Positions 20,931 through 29,329 of a stretch of 64,000 nucleotides of DNA are shown one piece after another (the stretch's first letter is position 1; each line of letters starts with the position of its first letter). Below the pieces are notes generated by a model, which saw only the letters and a list, made by a program, of their open reading frames with translations, ran no database searches and was not told where the DNA came from. The stretch is from contig JAQUNI010000003.1 of the NCBI GenBank assembly GCA_028717685.1, positions 64,311 to 128,310 of the forward strand, given 5' to 3'. A program made the position numbers and the translations under genes. Origin of the DNA: Patescibacteria group bacterium (GTDB lineage Bacteria > Patescibacteriota > JAQUNI01).

Positions 20931-21734
20931 TCAAATAAAGGCATTATCTAAAGCCTGGGGACAAGGACAGGCGCGACGTTTTGGTATTTTTTCAATCATC
21001 TTTAAAATTAATTTTTTTACTTTCTGATTATTCTTTTGAAAAACTCTTAATACCTCCGCCGTAGTTACCGGTTTTATATCTTGATAGCCCTCCAATCCTG
21101 TATCATAATCCGTAATTAAGGCTATATTAACATAGCACATAGCCAGTTCTCGAGCTAAAACTATCTCTGGATAGACAGTCATATTGACCACTTGCCAGCC
21201 TTGGGTTTGAAACCATTTACTTTCTGCCCGCGTAGAGAAACGAGGACCTTGGATGACCACAATTGTCGCTTCCTCGTGATGAGAAATTTTTAATTCGGCG
21301 CAGGTTGTTATGGCTAATTTTCTTAAAACTGGACAATAGGGATCGGCCATTCCGATGTGGGCGACGCGGGGACCATTAAAAAAAGTATCCGCTCGATCTC
21401 GCGTGCGATCCACAAACTGGTCGCAAATAACAAAATCACCGGGTTGAATCTTGGGGGTAAGACTGCCTGAAGCGCAAGGCGCAATAATTTGTTTGACCCC
21501 TATTTTTTTAAATGCCCAAAGATTCGCCTGATAAGGAATTTTATGCGGCGGGAGTTCGTGCTTTTCGCCGTGGCGGGGTAAAAACGCAATACTCTTTCCT
21601 TTATATTTTCCAATCGTAAGAGGACCAGAAGGTTTACCAAAAGGAGTATCTATTTTTATTTTTTTCGCTTGGGAGATTAAAGAATAGAAACCAGAACCGC
21701 CAAAGACGCCAATTTCTGCTTTAAAAAGGGGCAT
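20931..21734 (-). CDS. mtnP: S-methyl-5'-thioadenosine (and 5'-deoxyadenosine) phosphorylase, MTAP family
   Basis: IGVFGGSGFY...TPFGKPSGPL...IIAPCASGSL MTAP signature. Confidence 0.85.
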   Translation of the reverse strand: MPLFKAEIGVFGGSGFYSLISQAKKIKIDTPFGKPSGPLTIGKYKGKSIAFLPRHGEKHELPPHKIPYQANLWAFKKIGVKQIIAPCASGSLTPKIQPGDFVICDQFVDRTRDRADTFFNGPRVAHIGMADPYCPVLRKLAITTCAELKISHHEEATIVVIQGPRFSTRAESKWFQTQGWQVVNMTVYPEIVLARELAMCYVNIALITDYDTGLEGYQDIKPVTTAEVLRVFQKNNQKVKKLILKMIEKIPKRRACPCPQALDNAFI

Positions 21735-21739
21735 AGTAG

Positions 21740-22258
21740 TTAGGTATTTAATTTTAGAAGCACATGTTTTTTATATCCTCTAATTTTTCGCTTGCCATCA
21801 AGATAGATGAGTTCAGCTAAAAGGGCAATGCCTATAATTTTACCTTGCATCTTTTTGACCAGTTTTATTGTCGCCGCGAGCGTGCCGCCAGTGGCAAGGA
21901 CATCATCCACGATCAAAACCCTTTCCCCTTCCTTAATTGTATCGGTATGCATCTCTAGAATATTTTTTCCATATTCTAAATCATAAGTCTGTTGAATGAC
22001 TTGGCGGGGCAGTTTACCCTTTTTGCGCACAATGGAAATACCCGCGTTTAGTTTATAGGCGACTCCGGCGGCGAGCAAAAAGCCACGCGCATCAATCCCC
22101 ACCACTTTTTGAATTTTTTTCTTTCGGAAAGGTTGGACAAGTTTATCGATAGTATAATGATAAGCCCGCGCGTTTTCTAAAAGAGGAGTAATGTCTTTAA
22201 AACTAATCCCCTTTTTAGGAAAGTCAGGAATGGCGCGAATAAATTTTTTTAAATCCAT
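21740..22258 (-). CDS. apt: adenine phosphoribosyltransferase
   Basis: VLIVDDVLATGGTLAATIKL PRPP-binding motif, 172 aa. Confidence 0.85.
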   Translation of the reverse strand: MDLKKFIRAIPDFPKKGISFKDITPLLENARAYHYTIDKLVQPFRKKKIQKVVGIDARGFLLAAGVAYKLNAGISIVRKKGKLPRQVIQQTYDLEYGKNILEMHTDTIKEGERVLIVDDVLATGGTLAATIKLVKKMQGKIIGIALLAELIYLDGKRKIRGYKKHVLLKLNT

Positions 22259-22300
22259 ATTTATATTGGACTAAACAGAATTAAAATTTTTGCAAAATGG

Positions 22301-23233
22301 TTATTTTTTGGCAATTACCTTTATCATTGGCCAAAATAATCTGCTGTTGTTTGCTATTTTAATGAAAGCATTTTTTAGTAATCTGGAGGAAATAAAATCA
22401 AAAGTTAATTTGACATTAAATTTACCTATAAGAACATCTTTAAACCCTGCTTGCTTGTGCATTTTTTTTAGGGTTGACCCTAAGAAAGAAAGTTCATAAC
22501 CAAAGATCATATATTTTCCTTGTAATACCTTGATATGAATAAATTCCGCTATTTGTTTTAAAATTGGAAAATAAGGAATGTTGCCCCAAATTTGACGATA
22601 TGTTAAGGAACCAAGATTTAAACAGGGAACCGCATTGAAAGAAATACCATCTTTTTTTAAGACACGATATAATTCATTAATACATTGCTGAGTATTTTTG
22701 AAATGTTCAATAACCCCTCCACCGTAGATCAAATCAACGCGATTTGTTTTAATCGGCAGGTGAGCAACATCTCCTTGAATAAATAAGTAATTTTTAATGC
22801 CGTGAGCTTGTAGAATTTTTTTAGCAACTTTAAGCGCGCTAAGGCTAAAATCTAGACCAATAACCAAATTTACCTTTTTGGCTAATACTTCCCCTGTATA
22901 GAAATAACCACTGCCGATTTCTAGAAATGTTAGATCCTTATTAATCTTTTTAACCTCAGTTATTTGGGGATATGTATTAGGCAAATTTTGTTTTTTAAAT
23001 GTTCTATAAAGTTTCAGATAAGTTTTATTTTTAAAATTATTTTGATATGATTTTTCCCACTTAGATCGGGATAATTCCGCATCGGGAGGGAGGGGGGGCA
23101 TAATACAGAAGATGTCATTATCAATTATTTTATACTTTCTGCCACAACTCTTACAAATCAGAAATTCTTTTTTTCTCTCTAAATCAGATTTACATTTATA
23201 ACAACAAATATAATCTAATGGTTGGGTAGGCAT
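22301..23233 (-). CDS. class I SAM methyltransferase with N-terminal Trm112-like zinc ribbon
   Basis: CCYKCKSDL...CKSCGRKY then LEIGSGYFYTGE motif I. Confidence 0.7.
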   Translation of the reverse strand: MPTQPLDYICCYKCKSDLERKKEFLICKSCGRKYKIIDNDIFCIMPPLPPDAELSRSKWEKSYQNNFKNKTYLKLYRTFKKQNLPNTYPQITEVKKINKDLTFLEIGSGYFYTGEVLAKKVNLVIGLDFSLSALKVAKKILQAHGIKNYLFIQGDVAHLPIKTNRVDLIYGGGVIEHFKNTQQCINELYRVLKKDGISFNAVPCLNLGSLTYRQIWGNIPYFPILKQIAEFIHIKVLQGKYMIFGYELSFLGSTLKKMHKQAGFKDVLIGKFNVKLTFDFISSRLLKNAFIKIANNSRLFWPMIKVIAKK

Positions 23234-23256
23234 AAGGTTTAGATGAGAACTTTAGT

Positions 23257-23370
23257 AAACCCCGTTAGAGAATTTCGTTCTCTAACCCCGTCTAGAAATT
23301 TATTTCTAACGGGGTCAGCATCCATATTTTTCCTACCACCGATTTCGTCAGCGGCTTTCTCTAACGGGGT
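23257..23370. repeat. cluster of palindromic elements (half-site CCCCGTTAGAAA / TTTCTAACGGGG)
   Basis: gttagagaa/ttctctaac and ccccgtctagaaat/atttctaacgggg hairpins plus a third ttctctaacgggg; related copies at 24454-24482, 41393-41481, 48324-48349, 58490-58533. Confidence 0.7.
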
Positions 23371-23423
23371 AAATTATTTCTTTAGTATTTTTTGATTACT
23401 TCTACTTTATCCAGCTTTTCCAT

Positions 23424-24437
23424 TTATATCTGCCAACTCTTCCTTGATTGAATTTTGGTTTTAAAAATTATAGATTTGATCTTAATCCCGCCATAAATAA
23501 AGCAGGATAAAAAACAGGCTAGAGGATGAAAAAACCAAGCAGAGTCTTGTTTTTTCCAATACCCTTTTAAGCTTTGAAAAAGGGTGGGAAAGAAAGTCAG
23601 AGAATAAAGGACAAATTTAACTAATTTCCCTCGTGGAAAATTTTTCCACTGATAAGTTCTTAAGCCCTTTGTTTGATAGTAAAGATAATCCTTGATTCTT
23701 CTTTTTTGTTTTTGGATAAAACTTCCTATGTTACCGGCAAATATATGGATAATGCCTATTTTAACTTTAGCATAAGTGGAATATCCTTTTTGAGTGAGGC
23801 ACCAAATTATATCAATATCAAAAAAGTAGTCTTTAAATGGAACTTTTTCTAAATACTTTTTCCTAATTAAGAACCCATTAGCTCCTATAGTAGGAATTTG
23901 GGGTGGTATTAGTTTAAATTTTAGGTAATTTCCCCTGTCTTCACTTACAACAGGAAAACCGGTCCATTTTTCAGAAAGGAGGTTTTCGCGGTCATAATTG
24001 CCTAAAAAATAACAAAGGGGGTCATTCATTCCCATTAAAGCGGAATATCGGGTTATCATACCATCTTTTTTGCGATATGTGTAGCGGATAGGCTCCGTCC
24101 CTATTATTTCCGGATCAGAAAAAGGGGCAACCATTCTTTTTAGCCAATCACAAGAAGGTAAAATATTGTCGGAGTCAATTAAAGCAATAATATTATTTTG
24201 CGCTTGTTTTACTCCTATGGCTTTTCCGGCCTCCCCGGTTTTTAGAGGATTTTTGAGAATTTTATTAGTGTATTGATAGGCAATTTTTAAGGTATTATCT
24301 TGGGAACCAGCATCAATAATAATAATTTCTATCCGATCTCGGGGATAATCTTGCCTAATTATTGAGTGCAAGCATTGAGAGAGAGTTTTTGTGGAATTAT
24401 AAGTAGGAATAATAACAGAGATAGAAGGAAGATTCAT
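23424..24437 (-). CDS. GT2 glycosyltransferase
   Basis: SVIIPTYNSTKTL...IIIDAGSQDNT. Confidence 0.75.
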   Translation of the reverse strand: MNLPSISVIIPTYNSTKTLSQCLHSIIRQDYPRDRIEIIIIDAGSQDNTLKIAYQYTNKILKNPLKTGEAGKAIGVKQAQNNIIALIDSDNILPSCDWLKRMVAPFSDPEIIGTEPIRYTYRKKDGMITRYSALMGMNDPLCYFLGNYDRENLLSEKWTGFPVVSEDRGNYLKFKLIPPQIPTIGANGFLIRKKYLEKVPFKDYFFDIDIIWCLTQKGYSTYAKVKIGIIHIFAGNIGSFIQKQKRRIKDYLYYQTKGLRTYQWKNFPRGKLVKFVLYSLTFFPTLFQSLKGYWKKQDSAWFFHPLACFLSCFIYGGIKIKSIIFKTKIQSRKSWQI

Positions 24438-24453
24438 AACTTTTTTATTTTTG

Positions 24454-24482
24454 CCCCGTTTAGAAATAAATTTTTAACGGGG
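24454..24482. repeat. palindromic element copy (ccccgtttagaaat aaa tttttaacgggg) between DUF457 stop and GT2 start
   Basis: 13-bp arms; begins with TAAACCCCG overlapping the upstream stop codon. Confidence 0.7.
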
Positions 24483-24483
24483 T

Positions 24484-24906
24484 TTATTCTCCTTCACTAA
24501 ATACTCTAAATTTTTTATATATGCGGTAAATTAAGAAGTAAGAAAAAGTTTTGAGTTCATTGCCAATATCATCAAGAATAAGATGCAGGGTGAACGCGCA
24601 GGCAAGAGCGACTAAAATGGCTCGCTCATGGAATTGCCAGGTGATGAGCCAAAGCAGAATGACAATTTCGTACGAATGTAATGGCACCAGGACTTTTGAA
24701 TTTCGGCGCATATAGTTTTCCGGATGCAAAAATTCTTTGATGTTGCAAGGATTGCGGGGTCTGCTTTTCCAGAAGTCCAAAAGATGATCAAGGTCAAGAA
24801 TAACGCCAGTGAAAAGAAGTGCAATCGCGCCAGTTAAAGAGCGGGTAAAATAGTAGAAGGTGAAGGCTAGGAGGGTTGAGGAAAGAACATGTATTTTTAT
24901 TCGCAT
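24484..24906 (-). CDS. membrane-bound metal-dependent hydrolase, YdjM/DUF457-like
   Basis: ILDLDH, PLHSYE, LHLILDD motifs spaced as in the YdjM family; 3 TM. Confidence 0.45.
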   Translation of the reverse strand: MRIKIHVLSSTLLAFTFYYFTRSLTGAIALLFTGVILDLDHLLDFWKSRPRNPCNIKEFLHPENYMRRNSKVLVPLHSYEIVILLWLITWQFHERAILVALACAFTLHLILDDIGNELKTFSYFLIYRIYKKFRVFSEGE

Positions 24907-24911
24907 ATTTT

Positions 24912-26390
24912 TTAATAATTTTGTTCAAAGTCGGCAAGATGGGAGAACACAGCTTTAGCCCCGCGGGCAAGATATTTCAAATCATTGAGGTCGCGCAGCG
25001 AGACAATCTGGCGCAGGATAAATTCAGGATGGAAAGCGACTTTATAGGTGTCCTGGACAAATTTTTGCAATTGCGCGGAGGAAAAAGAGGTTTGCATTAT
25101 TGCCTCGCGCATATCATAACGGTTCCAGTCTTCAGAAGTGAGCCATTTTTTTTGCTGGCATTCACGAAACAAAGGGGTACCCGGGTAAGGGATGACAATA
25201 GTGGCTTGGAGTGTTTTAGCATAGCCTTTGCGCAGGAGATATTTTCCCAAGCGCACAGTTTGCCGCGCTTCTTCTTCGGTCTCCCACGGATAACCAAACA
25301 TAATTGTTACATGGGGAGACAATCCTGTTTTACGCGCCAGCTTGCAGGATGAGATGATCTTCTCTACCGTCATATTTTTACTTATCTTGTTTAACGTTTT
25401 CTCGCTGGCTGATTCTAAACCAAAAAGCAAAAAGCGGAAATTTGCCTTACGCATTAACCCATATTCTTTTTTGTTAAGGGCCCCGAAGCGCATATTGCAA
25501 TCCAAAATCACTTTTTTATTATAGCCGCGTTCAATCATCCCGCGGCAGAATTCTTGCAGCCATTCCCCTATCGGGAAAGTGCCTGTATCATCCATTATTT
25601 CCTTAATTTGATATTTTTTAATTAATTCTCCAATTTCATCCAAGACATTCTCTGGGGTGCGGGTGTGGTATTTTGGATAAAGCGTGGTCCAAGAACAAAA
25701 AGTGCACTCGTGATGCCAACAATCGCGGCCAGCCATAATATAAGTTCCTGGTGTGCGGGAGAAATTGCCTACATCGTAGGCATAATTTTGCCATTCTGTT
25801 AGTTCGCGGTCAATGAAGGGCAGGGTATTGAGATTATGGTTGAGCGCAAATTTTCCCGTATTTTTAATCTCTTCATTATCGCGGTAATAAATTCCTGGCT
25901 CTAGATTTTGGGGGACAGGTTCTAGATTGGGTTTTAGATTTTGAAGGAAGTTTAAAAGCAGAAAATCGTAATCGCCGCCAGTTAAAACAAAGTCCACTTT
26001 GGAGTTCTGGAATGATTCTTCAGGCAACGCCGTGACATGGTCGCCGACAAGAATCGTTTTTAATGCAGGGATTTCTTTTTTTAACGCATTGGTGATTTTC
26101 CAGTGCCTTTTTACGGTTGGAGTTTTCGTTTCCATTACCACAATGTTTGGTTGAATTTTTTTCACAAATTCCAACCATTCCGCGTATCTCATTTCTTCGG
26201 CAATGCCGTCTTTCCAAATCACCTTAAAACCATTTTTTTGAAGTAAAGTGGCAGCTTGCGCCGGCACCACTGGATAAATGGGGCAATGGCGGCGAAACCA
26301 TTGGAATTGGCGGTTCTGGGATAATAGAGGATAACCTTTTTTAGATGGCAGAGGTGGATAAGTAATTAAAGTTTTCAAGTGTTCTGACAT
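24912..26390 (-). CDS. cobalamin-binding-domain-like radical SAM enzyme, second copy, with CX4CX2C spacing
   Basis: N-terminal Rossmann-like region; GRDCWHHECTFCSW; 492 aa. Confidence 0.7.
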   Translation of the reverse strand: MSEHLKTLITYPPLPSKKGYPLLSQNRQFQWFRRHCPIYPVVPAQAATLLQKNGFKVIWKDGIAEEMRYAEWLEFVKKIQPNIVVMETKTPTVKRHWKITNALKKEIPALKTILVGDHVTALPEESFQNSKVDFVLTGGDYDFLLLNFLQNLKPNLEPVPQNLEPGIYYRDNEEIKNTGKFALNHNLNTLPFIDRELTEWQNYAYDVGNFSRTPGTYIMAGRDCWHHECTFCSWTTLYPKYHTRTPENVLDEIGELIKKYQIKEIMDDTGTFPIGEWLQEFCRGMIERGYNKKVILDCNMRFGALNKKEYGLMRKANFRFLLFGLESASEKTLNKISKNMTVEKIISSCKLARKTGLSPHVTIMFGYPWETEEEARQTVRLGKYLLRKGYAKTLQATIVIPYPGTPLFRECQQKKWLTSEDWNRYDMREAIMQTSFSSAQLQKFVQDTYKVAFHPEFILRQIVSLRDLNDLKYLARGAKAVFSHLADFEQNY

Positions 26391-26393
26391 TTT

Positions 26394-27434
26394 TTACATT
26401 CTTAATTTGCTTTTTAGGGTTTTTGTAAATAACAGACCTTGGAGGAATTTTACGCCGTAGACTAAATGGGTTAAGAATATATAAGGAATGACCAATAAGC
26501 CGACTAAAGGATTTTTTTCTCGGAAAGCAGACTCAATCGCCGCCCAGAGCATTATGCCAAGATATAGCAGTAAGATGATAATATCACCATATAGGAAATG
26601 AATATAACCATCCTTTTTTGCTAAGTAGCCTATTAGCGGGTTCGCGACTAATAATAGCACAAAAAGACTGGGAATAAAGTAAGCAAATTTCAAGGAGGTT
26701 GCGGGGAATTTTTTGGCAAAGAAACCGCGATGCAAGCCATAACCCGCAATTTGTCGCAGGTGGCTTAAGAGAGTTTTGCGGCGATGATGGTAAACAATGA
26801 GCTTAGGGTCATAAATTATATTACCGCCTGTCTGAGTTAGATCCAGACAGAATTTTGTGTCTTCTCCGGGCCAATATTGGGAGTTAAAACCCCCTATTTT
26901 TTGGAATATGTGTTTGCGCACTAAAAAATTTACCGAAGGCCAGTCGGTCACGGTTTTCCTTTTTTTACCTGGAATATAACGGTCCGCAATTCCTCCCCAG
27001 AAAGAGGAGGCAAGACATGCGCCGGAGGTTTTTTGGTGCAAGGAATCGTCTTGGGGGGTAATGGCAGGACCGCCTAGGGCGGCAATCCTGGGGTCTTGAA
27101 AATTTTTTTCCGCTTGCGACAGCCAGTCATTTTGTGGATAAGCGTCATCATCCAGAAAAGCGAGAATCTCTCCTTCCGCGTATTGAAGCGCTAGCGTTCT
27201 TTTCTCTGCGGGACCGATTTTCCCTGTGGGGATAATTTTCGTTTTGGGGAATGCTTCTTCTGACTTTGTGTCAGGAAAAATTAGAATTTCAAAATTTTGA
27301 TGGGTAAGGTTTAAAAGGTGGCGAACTGTTTCGTGGATATAATCATTGATTCTGACTACTGGGATGATGATAGAAAATTGAGGCATCCTTGAAAGTATAA
27401 AATTAAAAATGAAAAATGTAAAATGACAGATCAA
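26394..27434 (-). CDS. GT2 glycosyltransferase fused to C-terminal TM helices (true start probably MPQFS at ~27386)
   Basis: FSIIIPVV...ILIFPD, DDDAYP motif, three C-terminal TM segments. Confidence 0.7.
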   Translation of the reverse strand: MICHFTFFIFNFILSRMPQFSIIIPVVRINDYIHETVRHLLNLTHQNFEILIFPDTKSEEAFPKTKIIPTGKIGPAEKRTLALQYAEGEILAFLDDDAYPQNDWLSQAEKNFQDPRIAALGGPAITPQDDSLHQKTSGACLASSFWGGIADRYIPGKKRKTVTDWPSVNFLVRKHIFQKIGGFNSQYWPGEDTKFCLDLTQTGGNIIYDPKLIVYHHRRKTLLSHLRQIAGYGLHRGFFAKKFPATSLKFAYFIPSLFVLLLVANPLIGYLAKKDGYIHFLYGDIIILLLYLGIMLWAAIESAFREKNPLVGLLVIPYIFLTHLVYGVKFLQGLLFTKTLKSKLRM

Positions 27435-27478
27435 AATTTAAAATTTTACATACTAATTTTGCATTTCCATTTTACTTT

Positions 27479-28432
27479 TTAATCGCGTTTAGTTTTTAGC
27501 TTTTCAAAATATATAATCGTTTTTTTTAAGCCATCTTCTAAATTTACCTTTGGCGTCCATCCTAATTTTGTGCGCGCTAGAGTGATATCTGGCTTTCTTT
27601 TTACGGGGTCGTCTTCGGGGAGAGGATAGAATTTGATTTTAGAGTGAGAGCCGGTGAGTTCTATCACTTTTCTGGCTAAATCATCAATTTTGGTTTCCAG
27701 GGGATTTCCCAGATTAAAAGGTCCAATTTCTTTACTCTTCATCATCTTGATTAAACCAATGACTATATCATCAACATAGCTGAAAGAGCGGGTTTGCTTC
27801 CCTTTGCCATAAACGGTAATAGGTTTATTATCTAGAGCCTGGTTGATAAAGTTAGGAATCACGCGGCCATCATTATCGCGCATACCCGGACCGTAAGTGT
27901 TAAAAATTCGGACAATTTTCGCGTTGAGTCTGTATTTTCGGACATAACTCATAATCAGACTTTCGGCAAAACGTTTACCCTCATCATAACAAGAGCGGGG
28001 ACCTAAGGTATTAACATAGCCGCGGTAGCTTTCTTTCTGGGGATGTACTTGAGGATCACCATAAACTTCAGAGGTGGAGGCTTGTAAAAAGATGGCTTGA
28101 TGTTCCATTGCTAAATCTAAAAGACGGTTCACTCCCTCGGAGCAGGCTTTTAAAATCTTAGTAGGATAACGCGGAAAATCCACGGGAGAAGCGGGACAGG
28201 CTAGGTTATAAATTTCGTCAATTTTATCCGGCAAAGGAGGGATGTTCTCCGTAATATCGTGATCCATAAAGACAAAGTTAGGGTCAGAAAACCACTCCTT
28301 GATATTGTCGTAAGATCCGGTAATAAGGTTATCAATGCACAGGATTTTATTCTTTTCCTGAAGCAGATAGCGAATCAGATTAGAGCCGATAAATCCCGCC
28401 CCGCCGGTGACTAAGATAGTTTTTTTGTCCAT
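27479..28432 (-). CDS. uxs: UDP-glucuronate decarboxylase (UDP-xylose synthase)-like SDR
   Basis: TILVTGGAGFIGSNL...YDEGKR...FNTYGPGM near-consensus UXS. Confidence 0.8.
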   Translation of the reverse strand: MDKKTILVTGGAGFIGSNLIRYLLQEKNKILCIDNLITGSYDNIKEWFSDPNFVFMDHDITENIPPLPDKIDEIYNLACPASPVDFPRYPTKILKACSEGVNRLLDLAMEHQAIFLQASTSEVYGDPQVHPQKESYRGYVNTLGPRSCYDEGKRFAESLIMSYVRKYRLNAKIVRIFNTYGPGMRDNDGRVIPNFINQALDNKPITVYGKGKQTRSFSYVDDIVIGLIKMMKSKEIGPFNLGNPLETKIDDLARKVIELTGSHSKIKFYPLPEDDPVKRKPDITLARTKLGWTPKVNLEDGLKKTIIYFEKLKTKRD

Positions 28433-28451
28433 ATAATTTACCTTTTTAATG

Positions 28452-28525
28452 CTTCGGCCTTGCTCAGTACCTCTTCGAGCTTGAAGGCTCTTCAGAGCCT
28501 GAACGGCCTGAATTTTGCCGAAGGA
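28452..28525. other. GC-rich structured intergenic element (outer stem cttcggc/gccgaag enclosing ggctcttcagagcc hairpin)
   Basis: local GC far above surroundings; nested inverted repeats. Confidence 0.3.
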
Positions 28526-28562
28526 TTAATCTTAAAATTTTAGCTTAATATAGTGATTAATG

Positions 28563-29324
28563 TCAATTTTTTTGATATTTTTTTGATATATTTTTCCGTT
28601 TTTCCGATAGTTGATCATAATACCGCAATATTTTTAAACGATAGAAAACAGCCATAGTGTCCCAAAATGATTTATTGATTGCTGATAGACAAATAGAGCT
28701 GTGGTTGAAATCCATTTCAAGATTGACTGGAATTTCCATAATTTTGTAACCATAATGGTGAGCCAAGACGAGCAGTTCAATGTCAAAAGCATATTGCTTC
28801 ACGAGGACCTTGGGGAAGATTTCGGCAAGCACTTCGCGTTTAAATAATTTTAAGCCCACTTGGCTGTCTTTGATATCCATTTGAAAGAGGGTTTTAACCA
28901 TAAGCTGCGCCGCGCGGCTCAAGACTTGACGCTTTAGGGGGTAAATCACTCGCGACTGCGGATGTCTCTTTGAGCCGATAATCACGGGTACTTTGAATTT
29001 CTGATAGCAATTGATAATCTGAATGATGTGCGCGGGGTCAAATTCCAGACCAGCATCAAAGAAGATAATTAAATCGCCGCTTGTATGATTGAAGCCATAT
29101 TTTAGGGCATAACCCTTTCCCCTATTTTGAGGATAGCCTAGAATGATGATAGAGTGAGAGTTGTAAGCAGAGGCAATCTCGTAGGTCTTATCTTGTTTGC
29201 CATCGCAAATTACAATAATTTCCGTGAGGTACGGGAGCGATTGAATGGTATTCTGGACCGCCTCAATTGTTTGGCTAATTTTGTCTTGCTCGTGATAAGC
29301 AGGAATCAGAATGGAAATTTTCAT
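28563..29324 (-). CDS. GT2 glycosyltransferase (DPM/GtrB-like, soluble)
   Basis: ISILIPAYHEQDKI...FFDAGLEFDP. Confidence 0.7.
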   Translation of the reverse strand: MKISILIPAYHEQDKISQTIEAVQNTIQSLPYLTEIIVICDGKQDKTYEIASAYNSHSIIILGYPQNRGKGYALKYGFNHTSGDLIIFFDAGLEFDPAHIIQIINCYQKFKVPVIIGSKRHPQSRVIYPLKRQVLSRAAQLMVKTLFQMDIKDSQVGLKLFKREVLAEIFPKVLVKQYAFDIELLVLAHHYGYKIMEIPVNLEMDFNHSSICLSAINKSFWDTMAVFYRLKILRYYDQLSEKRKNISKKYQKN

Positions 29325-29329
29325 TATGA

